Of a stretch of DNA of 64,000 bases, positions 29,408-39,709 are shown one piece after another. The number at the start of each line of letters is the position of its first letter. The first letter of the stretch is position 1. The notes under the pieces were generated by a model, which saw nothing but the letters and a program-made list of their open reading frames with translations, did no database searches and was not told the origin of the DNA. The DNA is from Candidatus Saccharimonadia bacterium (GTDB lineage Bacteria > Patescibacteriota > Saccharimonadia > UBA4664): NCBI GenBank assembly GCA_036488585.1, contig DASXHH010000004.1, positions 65,254 through 129,253 of the forward strand, read 5' to 3'. A program made the position numbers and the translations under genes.

Positions 29408-30027
29408 GTCGGCAGAGCCGGGCCGAGCGGTGGTACGGCCATCTGCTACGGTTGTACCCAGCCGACTACCGGGAGCGGTTTGGTGTGGAGATGCAGCAAA
29501 CGTTTCGCGACCTATACCGGGAGCAGCGCCACCCGGCGGCTGGTTTCTGGGCGCGGCTGGCGGCCGATGCCGTGCGGGGAGCGGCGAGCGAGAATTTGGC
29601 ATTAATGAGGAGCGGCGAGATGAAATTATATTGGTCGAATTCGGCAGACCAGCGGGTGCTAGCTTGGGGGATCGGACTGATGGCGCCGGCGGGACTGTTT
29701 TTCATGGCGGCAGCAGCGGGGGTGCTGCGGCGGGTCCAACTGCCAGTGCTGCGCCCATCGCTGCCGGTGCTTCAGATTTTGATCGTGGTGTTGCCGCTGG
29801 TGGCACTAGCTATTAACGCGGTGGCGTTGGCGCGCCAGATCACCAAGCGCAGGGACCGCGGGCTGAGCGAGAAATTTGTGACGAAATACTTTTGGACACT
29901 GGCGCTAATGATCGTGGCAGGGGGCTGGCTGGTGCTACTGTTTGGCCACGACACCATTGGTTGTGCGCTGCAGAACCTGCCGATGCTGAACTGGGCCGGC
30001 TTCCAGCATTGCTCCGCCACGCACTGA
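29404..30027 (+). CDS. PadR-associated membrane protein
   Basis: LLRLYPADYRERFGVEM N-terminal motif plus 3 TM helices. Confidence 0.85.
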   Translation: MSRQSRAERWYGHLLRLYPADYRERFGVEMQQTFRDLYREQRHPAAGFWARLAADAVRGAASENLALMRSGEMKLYWSNSADQRVLAWGIGLMAPAGLFFMAAAAGVLRRVQLPVLRPSLPVLQILIVVLPLVALAINAVALARQITKRRDRGLSEKFVTKYFWTLALMIVAGGWLVLLFGHDTIGCALQNLPMLNWAGFQHCSATH

Positions 30028-30049
30028 GCGCAGGCGATATACTGCATAC

Positions 30050-30418
30050 ATGGTTAACGTTAGCGACGAAGAGTTTCAGGAGATGGTGAGGGAGGCCGTG
30101 GCCCGGATTCCGAAGCGATTTGCGGATCATTTAAACAATGTGAGCTTCATGGCGGCTGAGGAGGCTACACCGGAACAGCTACGCCAGAACCGGGTGCGCG
30201 GCCAATTGTTGGGCCTGTACGAGGGTATTCCCCTGCCGGCGCGCAACAACGGGTACAACGGGGTGCTGCCGGACATAATTACGGTGTTTAAGCGCCCGCA
30301 CGAGCGGATGGCGCGGGATAAGCAGGATTTATGGGAACAAGTGCGACATACGGTATGGCACGAGGTGGCGCATTACTTCGGACTTAACCATGACCGGATT
30401 CATGCGCTAGAGGGTTAG
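30050..30418 (+). CDS. Zincin-like metallopeptidase family protein
   Basis: LLGLYEGIP, HEVAHYFG. Confidence 0.92.
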   Translation: MVNVSDEEFQEMVREAVARIPKRFADHLNNVSFMAAEEATPEQLRQNRVRGQLLGLYEGIPLPARNNGYNGVLPDIITVFKRPHERMARDKQDLWEQVRHTVWHEVAHYFGLNHDRIHALEG

Positions 30419-32085
30419 GCCGCTGCGGCGGGCGGGTTCGATGCGGGCGCCGACGGAGGTGTGGGCTGGGCGGAGCCGGCGGGTGTCGCGAGTGGCAGGC
30501 TGAAGCCAATGGTGGTGCCAATGCCGAGCGCCGAGGAGTCGACCTGGATGGAGCCGCCCATTTGTTCCACGATTTTTTTGGAAATGAACAGGCCTAGGCC
30601 GGAGCCGCGCAGAGCGTCCTTGGCCTGGACCTGTTTAAAGCGCTGGAAGAGCTGGCGCGAGGTGACCTCGTCCATACCGCGGCCGGTATCGGTGACATAG
30701 ACGTGCATCTTGCCTTGATCGGGCTCGGCCTTGATGGTGATGCCGCCGGTCTCAGTAAACTTCATGGCGTTGCCAAACAGGTTGAGAATTACCTGGCGCA
30801 CGCGCTCCTGATCAGCCAGCACCGGCGGCAGGTCGGCGGGGACTTGGATTTCGACATGCAGGTTTTTCTGGTGGGCAGTGGCCTTGAGTTGCGGTTCGAG
30901 ATTGGTGACGAGGCCGGCCAGGGCAAAGGCCTTGGGCTCCCACGGGATCTTGCCACTCTCGAGGCGGGCGGCGTCGAGGTAGACGTTGACCACGCCGATC
31001 AACTGCGAGCCGGCCTGGTCGATGCTATCGGCCATGTGGTCGAAGCTTGGGTCTTTGATGGTGTTCGAGAATTTGAATTTCATGAGCTGGGCATAATTGC
31101 GAATAACGGTGAGCGGTGTGCGCAGCTCATGGTTAGCGATGGAGAAGAATTCGTTTTTGAGGGCAATGGTGCGATCGCGGCTACGCAAAAGCATCATAAA
31201 TATCACTACGACTACGGTCGAAAGGACCAGTAGCAGGACTGAAATGAACATAAATTTGCGGATTGCGCCGGTGGCGGTTTGATGGATTTCACGTGGACTT
31301 TGGACCCGGGCCACCAAAGCAGGGTGGCCGTACACATCGTTGACAGTCTGATAACCAACGATGGTGTTGTCTGAAGGAGTGGCGACGGCGGTCTTCGTGG
31401 TGGTGGGCTGCCCAATCAAGGCGGTCACGTCGGCCGGGCGCGACTTGTCGTCTAGCCGGTAGAAGGCCGTTTTTAGGTGTGTGACCTGGGAGATTAGATT
31501 AACATCATCGGAGGTGATAACGGTGGCGAAGACTAGCGTGCCATGGTATGGGCCAGTGGAGTCTGATGTGAGTATCGGCAGGGCGACGAATTTGACCGTC
31601 TGCTCCCCTGGTAGAGCGATGAACCCCTTAGATTCGCTGGTAATACCGGTGGCCAATAGTTTGCTGCCAGGCATGAAGGCGCCGAGCAAGGCCTGGGGAA
31701 TAGTCGAATCCTGGCCGGTAACGGGATCGACGGCTTTCGACTCCACCAGTTGTTGCTGTACGTTATAGAACAGCATGTAGTGGATGCCGAGATTGTTGAG
31801 TGCGCCGCTAACTAAGTTAGACTTGATGTAAGCGGGATTGTGGTTAAGGACGAAGGCGTAGGTGTCGTCCCACGAGGCCCAGTCTGTGGCCTTAAACTTA
31901 AGGTTGTCTATCTGGTTGGTGAGAGCGTCAACGGCGCGGGCAGTGTCTTGTTTCGCGTTGTCGGTTTCGACCTTGCTAAAGGCCTGATTTATTACGGTGA
32001 TGGTGGCAAAAAAGAAAAAACTGATCGCCACAAGCATAATAAGCAAGGCGGCAGGTAAGAACCCGATCTTGAGTTTCAGGTGCAT
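30415..32085 (-). CDS. CHASE4-domain sensor histidine kinase
   Basis: DWASWDDTYAF (CHASE4), NHELRTPL, NAMKF, GSGLGL. Confidence 0.93.
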   Translation of the reverse strand: MHLKLKIGFLPAALLIMLVAISFFFFATITVINQAFSKVETDNAKQDTARAVDALTNQIDNLKFKATDWASWDDTYAFVLNHNPAYIKSNLVSGALNNLGIHYMLFYNVQQQLVESKAVDPVTGQDSTIPQALLGAFMPGSKLLATGITSESKGFIALPGEQTVKFVALPILTSDSTGPYHGTLVFATVITSDDVNLISQVTHLKTAFYRLDDKSRPADVTALIGQPTTTKTAVATPSDNTIVGYQTVNDVYGHPALVARVQSPREIHQTATGAIRKFMFISVLLLVLSTVVVVIFMMLLRSRDRTIALKNEFFSIANHELRTPLTVIRNYAQLMKFKFSNTIKDPSFDHMADSIDQAGSQLIGVVNVYLDAARLESGKIPWEPKAFALAGLVTNLEPQLKATAHQKNLHVEIQVPADLPPVLADQERVRQVILNLFGNAMKFTETGGITIKAEPDQGKMHVYVTDTGRGMDEVTSRQLFQRFKQVQAKDALRGSGLGLFISKKIVEQMGGSIQVDSSALGIGTTIGFSLPLATPAGSAQPTPPSAPASNPPAAAA

Positions 32086-32158
32086 GTTGCTCCGGATAAA
32101 TGCTTTGGCTTTATTCTACGATAATTCTTATGCTAGATCGAGGGCTTTGGCGCCGGTA

Positions 32159-33058
32159 TCAATGCGGAGTTGTAAACCGTCGAGTGGACTTATTTGCGGC
32201 GCATAGGCCCGGCACTGACGATAATACTGAAATGGGACCCCGCGCGCATGGCGCAAGGTCCCGTAATGAATTGGATTCCAGCTTGAGCTCGTTGAAGACC
32301 AATGGCGGCCAATGCCAGCGGGGACGCGCGTTGTCATCGAGGCGCATCTGCTTGAGCTGGTCGTATCGGGGCCGCCGCAACCTCACGGTCACCCACTTGT
32401 AGTCACGGCCGAGAACGGTGGCCATGCGGTAGGCGGTAAGCCAATCGCCGGCCGGCGGGTACGAGTCGGCCTCAACCAGAGTTAGGGCATCCGACAGGTC
32501 GTAGTGCCCGGAGCTTCTGCCGTGGTCGGTGAGGTAGGACCCGGCTGACTTGCCCTGCTTGAGCCTCCGTCTAACCGTTTTAGGATGGCGCCCGGTGCGG
32601 CGGGCGATTTCGCTGCACGTTCCGAGCGAAACTGGAGCGAACTCGTCACGCAACCGTTGCAACTTGAGGAAGGCATTGGGTGACAGGGCGTAGGTTACGT
32701 GGCCGTTAGTGTCAGTACGCTTGGCTAGTTTGGGCAAGCGGTACTCTGGCTTACCCATGCGCTTAATGATCCATACCTTGTTGCACCCAAGCTCTTCCGC
32801 GGCACGGGCGAGAGCATACCAATCGCCAATGGGCGGGTACTTGTCCCTTTGCCGCTTGAGCGCTATTTGGCATGCAGGCGAGTAACAACGGCGACCGCGC
32901 GTAGGCCATCTGGGGTCGGAGCGCGTCTCAGGCTGCCATTTGCCGGCTTGAATCCGGGGCAAGGCCCAGCTGCGGGTGACACCAAGCCAGTCACTGATTT
33001 CTTCGACGGTTCGCCAGCCGTCTTTCGGCGGCCAGCTATGTTTTGGTGCTCCAGACAT
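32159..33058 (-). CDS. Protein of four tandem HTH-like repeats
   Basis: GGAGGTG RBS before ATG 33058; repeated (Y/W)PP.GDW....A..LG....W motif. Confidence 0.7.
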   Translation of the reverse strand: MSGAPKHSWPPKDGWRTVEEISDWLGVTRSWALPRIQAGKWQPETRSDPRWPTRGRRCYSPACQIALKRQRDKYPPIGDWYALARAAEELGCNKVWIIKRMGKPEYRLPKLAKRTDTNGHVTYALSPNAFLKLQRLRDEFAPVSLGTCSEIARRTGRHPKTVRRRLKQGKSAGSYLTDHGRSSGHYDLSDALTLVEADSYPPAGDWLTAYRMATVLGRDYKWVTVRLRRPRYDQLKQMRLDDNARPRWHWPPLVFNELKLESNSLRDLAPCARGPISVLSSVPGLCAANKSTRRFTTPH

Positions 33059-33154
33059 ACGTTCACCTCCGATGGAGTCTGGGTATGACATTTTTACCAA
33101 AGCTAGGGAAAAGGAGAAAGCATAAGCTTGTATCCAAGGGTGTAAAATAAGCGC

Positions 33155-33649
33155 ATGGCATGGTTTAAACCCCACAACTTGCTCGACCGAACCTTCGAGA
33201 TCGGGATTATTCTGAAGGGAATCGACGGCGTCGTGGAGGTGATCGGCGGTCTGTTATTGCTAGTGGTGCCCGCGAGCCTCATCAACAGCCTGGCCGTGTC
33301 ATTGACGCGCGGGGAGTTGTCGGATGATCCGCACGATTTTATTGCTACTCACCTACTGCGGACGGCCCACGGCCTCACCGGTACCGGTTTGTGGTACGGC
33401 GCACTGTATTTGTTGTCGCACGGAATCTTGAAGATCGTGATTGTGTGGGCGCTGCTGCGAAACAAACTATGGGCTTACCCGTGGGCTATCGCTTTTTTGC
33501 TGGTATTCATTGTGTATCAAACCTACCGGGTGGCGCTTGACCACAGCCTGGGTCTCACCGGCCTCACCATTTTCGATATCTTAGTGGTCTGGCTGACGTA
33601 TCGCGAGTGGAACCAGCAGCGGGCGCGGCTGAATGTTACAGATAAATAG
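33155..33649 (+). CDS. DUF2127 family membrane protein
   Basis: KGIDGVVE, ELSDDPHD, YLLSHG, WAYP. Confidence 0.85.
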   Translation: MAWFKPHNLLDRTFEIGIILKGIDGVVEVIGGLLLLVVPASLINSLAVSLTRGELSDDPHDFIATHLLRTAHGLTGTGLWYGALYLLSHGILKIVIVWALLRNKLWAYPWAIAFLLVFIVYQTYRVALDHSLGLTGLTIFDILVVWLTYREWNQQRARLNVTDK

Positions 33650-33690
33650 TTAGCGACAGCCAGCCAAAAGCCAAGTATAATGATCCCCAT

Positions 33691-34749
33691 ATGAGGGTTC
33701 CGAAACTGAGCTTTAACGACGCTCAGCTTGGGCGTTTGCTGTCGTTTCTGGGGGTGGTGATGGTATTGGCAGGCGCCGGCTGGGCTCAAGCGCGGGCATG
33801 GCCGCAATCTGATCTGGCGCCGTCCTATAACGTGAGGTTTCCATCGGACTTGCGTAAGAGTTACGCCAAGGTGGTGCAAAACGTGAGGCTGTTTGAGGAC
33901 CGCCAGCAACGCGTGCACAACACGGTGGCATCCGATAGGCAGTTACAGGATATGTTGTCGGCGGTGCAGCTGGATGCAGCCAACGGAAATTTTGTGTTGG
34001 CGCAACAGGACGCGACTGGAGTGCAAAAAGCGCTTGATAATTGGAACCTGGAGCTCAGCGGCGGCACGAAGCCAGCGGACAATCCCCTCGCCAACGTTTT
34101 TCTGCCGATACTCATATATCACTACACTCCACCGAATTTTGACGAGCAACTGACCTACCTCGAGCAGCACGGTTACACGGTAATTGATCTGGACCAGGCG
34201 ATGCTGGGATTACGAGGTGCGGCGGAGCTACCGCCCAAGCCGGCGGTGATTACATTTGATGATGGGTTTGCGAACCAGATGGCGGCGTTCACGATACTAC
34301 AGCGGCACAATATGAAGGCGACTTTTTTCATTATTAACGGCGGGGTGGCCAGCAACTGGTGCATCGGTGCAGGACGCAAATACGGCCTGCCATCGCAGCC
34401 GCCGAATGGTTGTGGCGACCAGTACCTTAGCTGGGACCAGGTACGCATGCTCGACCACAGTGGACTAATTACGATTGGCGGTCACACACTGGACCATTCG
34501 AACTTGGCTGGGATGTCGCCAGACAAGCAGCGACACGAGATTGCGGATTCGAAAGCTGGGATCGAGCAAGAGATCGGCCATCCGATTCGTGACTTTGCTT
34601 ATCCGTACGGTGCCTATAACAACACCACCATACAGCTGGTAAAAGAGGCCGGGTATGATACGGCGGTAACGACACTGCCGGGCGATTACCAATCGTGGGA
34701 CTTCCAGTACACGCTGCGGCGGGTGCGCGACACGCTGGAATTGCCTTAG
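33691..34749 (+). CDS. Polysaccharide deacetylase (NodB/CE4)
   Basis: ILIYH, ITFDDG, GGHTLDH, FAYPYG. Confidence 0.93.
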   Translation: MRVPKLSFNDAQLGRLLSFLGVVMVLAGAGWAQARAWPQSDLAPSYNVRFPSDLRKSYAKVVQNVRLFEDRQQRVHNTVASDRQLQDMLSAVQLDAANGNFVLAQQDATGVQKALDNWNLELSGGTKPADNPLANVFLPILIYHYTPPNFDEQLTYLEQHGYTVIDLDQAMLGLRGAAELPPKPAVITFDDGFANQMAAFTILQRHNMKATFFIINGGVASNWCIGAGRKYGLPSQPPNGCGDQYLSWDQVRMLDHSGLITIGGHTLDHSNLAGMSPDKQRHEIADSKAGIEQEIGHPIRDFAYPYGAYNNTTIQLVKEAGYDTAVTTLPGDYQSWDFQYTLRRVRDTLELP

Positions 34750-34782
34750 GGCTGGTATATTAGCGCTTTTGGGTGAGGATAA

Positions 34783-34827
34783 GGGGCAGGCCCCGGAGCC
34801 GGTAATAACCGGTCCGGAACCTACCCC
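34783..34827. terminator. Extended hairpin between convergent genes
   Basis: GGGGCAGG..CCGGA.CCGGT-AATA-ACCGG.TCCGG..CCTACCCC. Confidence 0.5.
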
Positions 34828-34840
34828 GTGGGTAGTTGAA

Positions 34841-36742
34841 CTAGGCGCTGCAGGCCGTGTGTTGAGCCGCTGTGGCGGCGGTCTGGCAGTAGTTGGGGTT
34901 GCCGTTGGCCATGTCGGCCGGCGAATTGCTGTCGAACACGGCCTTGGCGTAATACGGCCCGACCGGCTGAAGCACGAAGGTCTGGCCCACTTGCGGGTCC
35001 GGCGGGTAGGCCGGGTTGCCAGACTGGAACTTCAGCCCGATGCTCCCATCGCCAACCTGGGTGACGGTTAGGTCCGATTGGTTGGCTGCGGACCAGCTAA
35101 TGCTGGCTGACAGCCCGCTGCCCCCGGGCTTGAACGTAAGCAGGACGCCGTGTACCCGCCAGACGCCTCCGTCCTGTAGCCAGTACCCAGGGTAGGAGAA
35201 CTGGTTAGCGGGTGCGGGCAGGCTGGCGAGGTAGGCGCGGATCGCGTTCGCTGTATCCTGTTCCACCTGAAGGCTGTGCGGCAGCGACTTGTGCGAGCAA
35301 GAAGCATCCAGATGGGTCGGAGTAGCGGTGCACGACACTACTAGATCCGATCCACTGCTGGAATCACGGGTCTGTAGCGCAGACTTCTGTCCGACGACGA
35401 TGTCGGAATGAGTGTTATCGATCGCATGGACTCCGAATACGACGGTGCCAATGGAGAGGTCGCCGCCGATAGCGGTGACACCGATGTTGGGCGGCAGCCA
35501 CGGCAGGCTCTGGATTTGAGGCGAACGCTCACTGAGCCCCTGGAGCGCAGAAATGTCGGGACAGGCGCTTACATTTGGGCCATACAGGCTTATCGGCGCG
35601 GTCGATCGGCAGGCAGCCTGAAACATCGGATCGACAACGTTGGCCCAGGCACTGCCCAGGTTGGGCGTGCCGATAGTGACTTCGTAGCCGATGTACCGAC
35701 CTGCACCACCGTTAGTGGCCGCCCAGCGGACAGCGTCGCCGCCCATGGAATGGGCAACGATTACGACCCGGCCGGGACCCCCGGCTTCGGCCGAAGCGGC
35801 AGCATCGCATTTGATGGTACCGGCGAGAGCCGGTCCGATAGCCGGGTTGTCGACCCAGGATGTGTTGACCGACGAGTAGTCGAACGTGGTCACGTCGATG
35901 CCCGGAATTTTGCTGAGTACCGTGAGCATGGAATGCGGATCGCTCAGTGTGCCCCAGGCTTCCGTAGGACTGCCCAGGAAGCCGTGGACCAGAATCACGG
36001 GCAGCCTGGTACCGACCCCCGGTAGGCAGTTGGTGCTGTACGAGGATTGCAGGCGGGCCAGGGTGGTGGCCTGAAAGACAGAACGGGTAGCGGTGGTGGC
36101 GACTGTGGTCTTGGCCATCCCGCCGAGGCGCGTGCCGTAGATCAGCCAGCCGGACTTGTCCTGGTATAGGCCCGCAGTGTAGACCCGGCCTTGCGCGTCA
36201 CCTGCTTGCACGAGCCCGAGATGGCCCTGGCTTCGGAAAGTCGACGCGTTGAATTTGACACCGGTGAGTCCCGGCTGCGTTATTGCGCCTCCGGGAACCA
36301 TTGCCAGGTCGGGTGCGAGGGCGCGGGCCTGAACACTGCGGTCTGTTGAATTGACCTCACGCTCCAGCACATGAAGGTTGGCTTGGAGCGCGGTCTCAGT
36401 ACGGGAGCTCGGCCCGCTGCTCGGGGCTGGCTGCCCGCCGTTCGGGGTTGGACCGGGGGCTGGCGGCATGTGAGCCGGCGCGGTCCCGGTCCAGACCGGC
36501 GCTGAAGCTGCTGCGCTGGAGGTCGAGGTAGGCGCCGAAGAAGAAGTGGTAGGCGCGGGCGATCGCTCAGCCGCGTGGACCGGCTGCTGGGCTGAGTGAT
36601 GGAAGAACAGATACCATGTCCAGAGAAACACGGCCACGATGCCCATTACAACTACCGAGACCCGCACCAATATGTCGAGCCTGGTGAGTCGTTGCCAGGA
36701 CTGGCGCGAGAAGGGCCAGATCGACCCTCGCCCATCCCTCAT
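34841..36742 (-). CDS. Membrane-anchored PGAP1/lipase-like alpha/beta hydrolase
   Basis: TM, Pro/Ser linker, VILVHGF, AHSMGG, GTPNLGS, SDIVV, His. Confidence 0.85.
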   Translation of the reverse strand: MRDGRGSIWPFSRQSWQRLTRLDILVRVSVVVMGIVAVFLWTWYLFFHHSAQQPVHAAERSPAPTTSSSAPTSTSSAAASAPVWTGTAPAHMPPAPGPTPNGGQPAPSSGPSSRTETALQANLHVLEREVNSTDRSVQARALAPDLAMVPGGAITQPGLTGVKFNASTFRSQGHLGLVQAGDAQGRVYTAGLYQDKSGWLIYGTRLGGMAKTTVATTATRSVFQATTLARLQSSYSTNCLPGVGTRLPVILVHGFLGSPTEAWGTLSDPHSMLTVLSKIPGIDVTTFDYSSVNTSWVDNPAIGPALAGTIKCDAAASAEAGGPGRVVIVAHSMGGDAVRWAATNGGAGRYIGYEVTIGTPNLGSAWANVVDPMFQAACRSTAPISLYGPNVSACPDISALQGLSERSPQIQSLPWLPPNIGVTAIGGDLSIGTVVFGVHAIDNTHSDIVVGQKSALQTRDSSSGSDLVVSCTATPTHLDASCSHKSLPHSLQVEQDTANAIRAYLASLPAPANQFSYPGYWLQDGGVWRVHGVLLTFKPGGSGLSASISWSAANQSDLTVTQVGDGSIGLKFQSGNPAYPPDPQVGQTFVLQPVGPYYAKAVFDSNSPADMANGNPNYCQTAATAAQHTACSA

Positions 36743-36875
36743 CGGGCTTCCCCTTTCGATCGGAAACGTGAAAGGCCTAGTAAGGAAATGGGCCGTAATG
36801 GCCCTTCTTTACCGCTGCGTTACGATACTATAATTGCGTACTTCCATCAACAGACGGAATACTAGTTGCTGTGAC

Positions 36876-37055
36876 TTAGCGGCCGACGTTGGTGACGAAG
36901 GCGTAAATGGCCATGAGGACGGCGAAGGCCCAGGAACCCCAGTGTGGGGACCAATCGGGGGTGCGGCGGAGGTGGTAGTAGAGCCATTCGGCGGCGCGGA
37001 GACCCAAGAAGACTAAGGTGAAGATGGCAAAGGCGGTGAGGAGCGACCTAAGCAT
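36876..37055 (-). CDS. 59-aa two-TM protein (not in the ORF track)
   Basis: MLRSLLTAFAIFTLVFLGLRAAEW...WAFAVLMAIYAFVTNVGR*, 10 nt after the regulator stop. Confidence 0.6.
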   Translation of the reverse strand: MLRSLLTAFAIFTLVFLGLRAAEWLYYHLRRTPDWSPHWGSWAFAVLMAIYAFVTNVGR

Positions 37056-37064
37056 ACGCCGCCC

Positions 37065-37499
37065 CTATTTGCCGTCTATACCAAGCTTTTTGGCAATGGT
37101 ATCGAGTACCTGGCGAGGTGTGAGTTCGGCTTTCACCAGATACTCGGCGCCGTACGAGATGGCTTTTTTGCGATCGCCCACGTCGTTGGAGTTGGTGAGG
37201 ACGATGACGGGCATGGAGCCGAAATCGAAGCCATCGCTTTGCAGCGCGCCCAGTACCTCCAGGCCGGTGAGCTCAGGCATGTTGAGGTCGAGGACGGCGA
37301 GGTCCGGGCGCTGGGCCTTAATGGACTCGTAGGCCTCGCGGCCGTTGGTTTTGAGCACCACCTTAAAGCCGGCGCCCTCCAGCTTAATCTGGTACATGCG
37401 TGAAATAAATGGGTCGTCCTCGGCAATGAGAATAGTCTTACCGCCCCCGGATTGGGTGTCCTTGGATTCGGTTTTGGGTTCGTCAGTGGGACTGGGCAT
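37065..37499 (-). CDS. Single-domain response regulator
   Basis: AEDD, VLDLNMP, LTN, VKAELTP. Confidence 0.93.
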   Translation of the reverse strand: MPSPTDEPKTESKDTQSGGGKTILIAEDDPFISRMYQIKLEGAGFKVVLKTNGREAYESIKAQRPDLAVLDLNMPELTGLEVLGALQSDGFDFGSMPVIVLTNSNDVGDRKKAISYGAEYLVKAELTPRQVLDTIAKKLGIDGK

Positions 37500-39663
37500 G
37501 TTTGGTGTCCTCATGTTTTACGGGTTTGGGCTTGAACGGCAGTTCGAAGCCGAATGTCGAGCCCTTACCCTCTACGCTGTTGAATATAATTGTACCATCC
37601 TGGTCTTGGATAACGCGCTTGGCCAGATATAGGCCCAGCCCGGTGCCGTCAGGCCGGACGATTTGGGCGTTTTCGGCGCGATAAAACTTAGTGAAGAGTT
37701 TTCTGCGGGCTTGTTCGGGCACACCGATGCCGGTGTCGTGAACCTCCAGATGAACCATGTCGCCGGTTTGTTTGAGGACCACTCGAACTTCGCCTTTTTG
37801 GGTGTAATAGATGGCGTTGTCGATGAAGTTCATGACCACCTGGCGAGTCTTGTTTTCGTCGATTTCCACAGGCGGGAGCGGATGATCGGGCCGGTCGAAC
37901 ACCAACTTAAGGCCCTTGCCGTCGGCATGCTGGGTGGCTTGGCGAACCTCATCTTCGATCATCTGCACCATGTCGGTGGGGGTGCGCTGGATGAGGAAAC
38001 GGCCCGCGTTAAGACGGGAGATGTTGAGCAGATCAGAAATGAGATTCACCATGCGCTCAGAGGAGTCGAAAGCGAACTGAGCAAATTCTTTTTGGCCCGG
38101 CGAGATGGGGCCGGCGTCGCCTTCAAGCATCATCGATAGGTAACCTTTGATGGTGGTAAGCGGGGTGCGGAGCTGGTGTGAGGCCATGGAAATGAACTCA
38201 TCTTTGGCCTTATCGAGCTCTTTGAGATGGCGGTTGGCGACCCGCAGGCGATTGGTAGCGTGGTCTACACGGGCCTGGAGCGATGCGTTGAAGGCCTGGA
38301 TTTCAGCGTAGGCCTTGGCGTTTAGAATTGCCACCGCTAGCTCGTTACGAATGATTTCGAGCAGCGCGATGTCTTGGTTGGAGTAGATATCACCGGAGAG
38401 TTTGTCGCCGAGGAGGAAGTAACCCACAAACTGGTCATGGGTGGACAGCATCATACTTATGCGTACGCCATGACCTTCCAGGAGACTTTTGCGCTCGCCT
38501 CCCTCGAGCTCGTCGGCCACCAGAATGCTGCGGTTAAGGCGCCGCAACTCTGGCGCCACCATGAGCCTATGCGGGAGCGGGCCGTAATGCTCGATGCGGT
38601 AGACACTGTCATTGTTAAACACAATAATCTGACCGAACTGGATGCGCAGACTATCACATAGGGTGGTGAGGGCTTTTTTGAGGATGCGATTGAGGTCGAG
38701 CTCAGAGACTAGAATCTGAGTGAAATTATTGAGAACAACCTGGGAATCATAATGGTCACGATAGAAAACTCTTTCTGTGATTCGTTCAAAGAAGCGACGA
38801 AGCTGCTGAAATGTGAGGGCGAGTATGAGCGCCATCGCCAGGTATACGAAGCTTTGAGAGACTTCCACCCTGTGTGCAGGGAACAGAACCTGCGAAATCG
38901 CAAAAATGGCAAGAACATAAATAACCGCCACAGTGGCGAGGACAAGAACAAATGCAACGGACCTAGCTACGGCTAGGCGGATGTCAAAAAGCCGGTGTTT
39001 GACTATGGCATACGATATGCCACAAACAAGAAAAAGGGTTGAAAATGGACCATAGTTTGCGAGCGTGAAGTTGTGCGCTAATAATGGCAGGATTAAGTTG
39101 GTCGTAAGCGCCACCACAAATGATGACAGGATACCAGCAATAATATAGCCGAGCCGAGCACGCGTAGAGCCTGTGGAGTGCTTGAAAGAGAACAGGAATA
39201 TCCCAAGGGCTAGTCCGAAATACGCAATAAGGTATGCGAAATACATAGGTACAGCAGGCCCAAATACTATTCCGACCCCTTGGGGAACAATAGTAATACC
39301 TTCAACTACCAGCTTAGTAGAACTTAAGCCCGACTCAACGAATGCTATTAGGGTTGCCGAAACGACGAGCCATTTTGAGGTGCGCCCTAGAATTCCCGTA
39401 AATGAAGCACTAAAGCCTAGCACGAAGAAGGCAGACAAGGCCGGGAAGACAAAAATGGCAGAATTTAATACAAGAAGAACACCAGAGCTTTGGGTAGAAT
39501 CATTGCTAAAGTAGTTTGTAACCAGCCAACCGATAACAGTAAGTACGAAACCAAAGAAGAATAGATTCGACTTATCCTGTTTGTTCTTCAGAAGAACAAA
39601 CAGCCCAATCATCAGATGAATTAGGCATATCAGAACTAGTGCTATTACGCTTACGCCCACCAT
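37483..39663 (-). CDS. HisKA_7TM-type sensor histidine kinase with GAF-like linker
   Basis: Multi-TM N-terminus ending YAIVKHRLFDI; ASHQLRTPL, NFIDNAIYY, GTGLGL. Confidence 0.93.
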   Translation of the reverse strand: MVGVSVIALVLICLIHLMIGLFVLLKNKQDKSNLFFFGFVLTVIGWLVTNYFSNDSTQSSGVLLVLNSAIFVFPALSAFFVLGFSASFTGILGRTSKWLVVSATLIAFVESGLSSTKLVVEGITIVPQGVGIVFGPAVPMYFAYLIAYFGLALGIFLFSFKHSTGSTRARLGYIIAGILSSFVVALTTNLILPLLAHNFTLANYGPFSTLFLVCGISYAIVKHRLFDIRLAVARSVAFVLVLATVAVIYVLAIFAISQVLFPAHRVEVSQSFVYLAMALILALTFQQLRRFFERITERVFYRDHYDSQVVLNNFTQILVSELDLNRILKKALTTLCDSLRIQFGQIIVFNNDSVYRIEHYGPLPHRLMVAPELRRLNRSILVADELEGGERKSLLEGHGVRISMMLSTHDQFVGYFLLGDKLSGDIYSNQDIALLEIIRNELAVAILNAKAYAEIQAFNASLQARVDHATNRLRVANRHLKELDKAKDEFISMASHQLRTPLTTIKGYLSMMLEGDAGPISPGQKEFAQFAFDSSERMVNLISDLLNISRLNAGRFLIQRTPTDMVQMIEDEVRQATQHADGKGLKLVFDRPDHPLPPVEIDENKTRQVVMNFIDNAIYYTQKGEVRVVLKQTGDMVHLEVHDTGIGVPEQARRKLFTKFYRAENAQIVRPDGTGLGLYLAKRVIQDQDGTIIFNSVEGKGSTFGFELPFKPKPVKHEDTKHAQSH

Positions 39664-39709
39664 TGGTTATAGTATATATCAAAGAGCTTGTGCTTGTTGT
39701 GGTACCTCG

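Noticed and set aside
23921-34830. Integrated element bounded by a tRNA-Glu attR
   Set aside because: Only a short chance match (CCCCGTGGG near 34824) and no integrase
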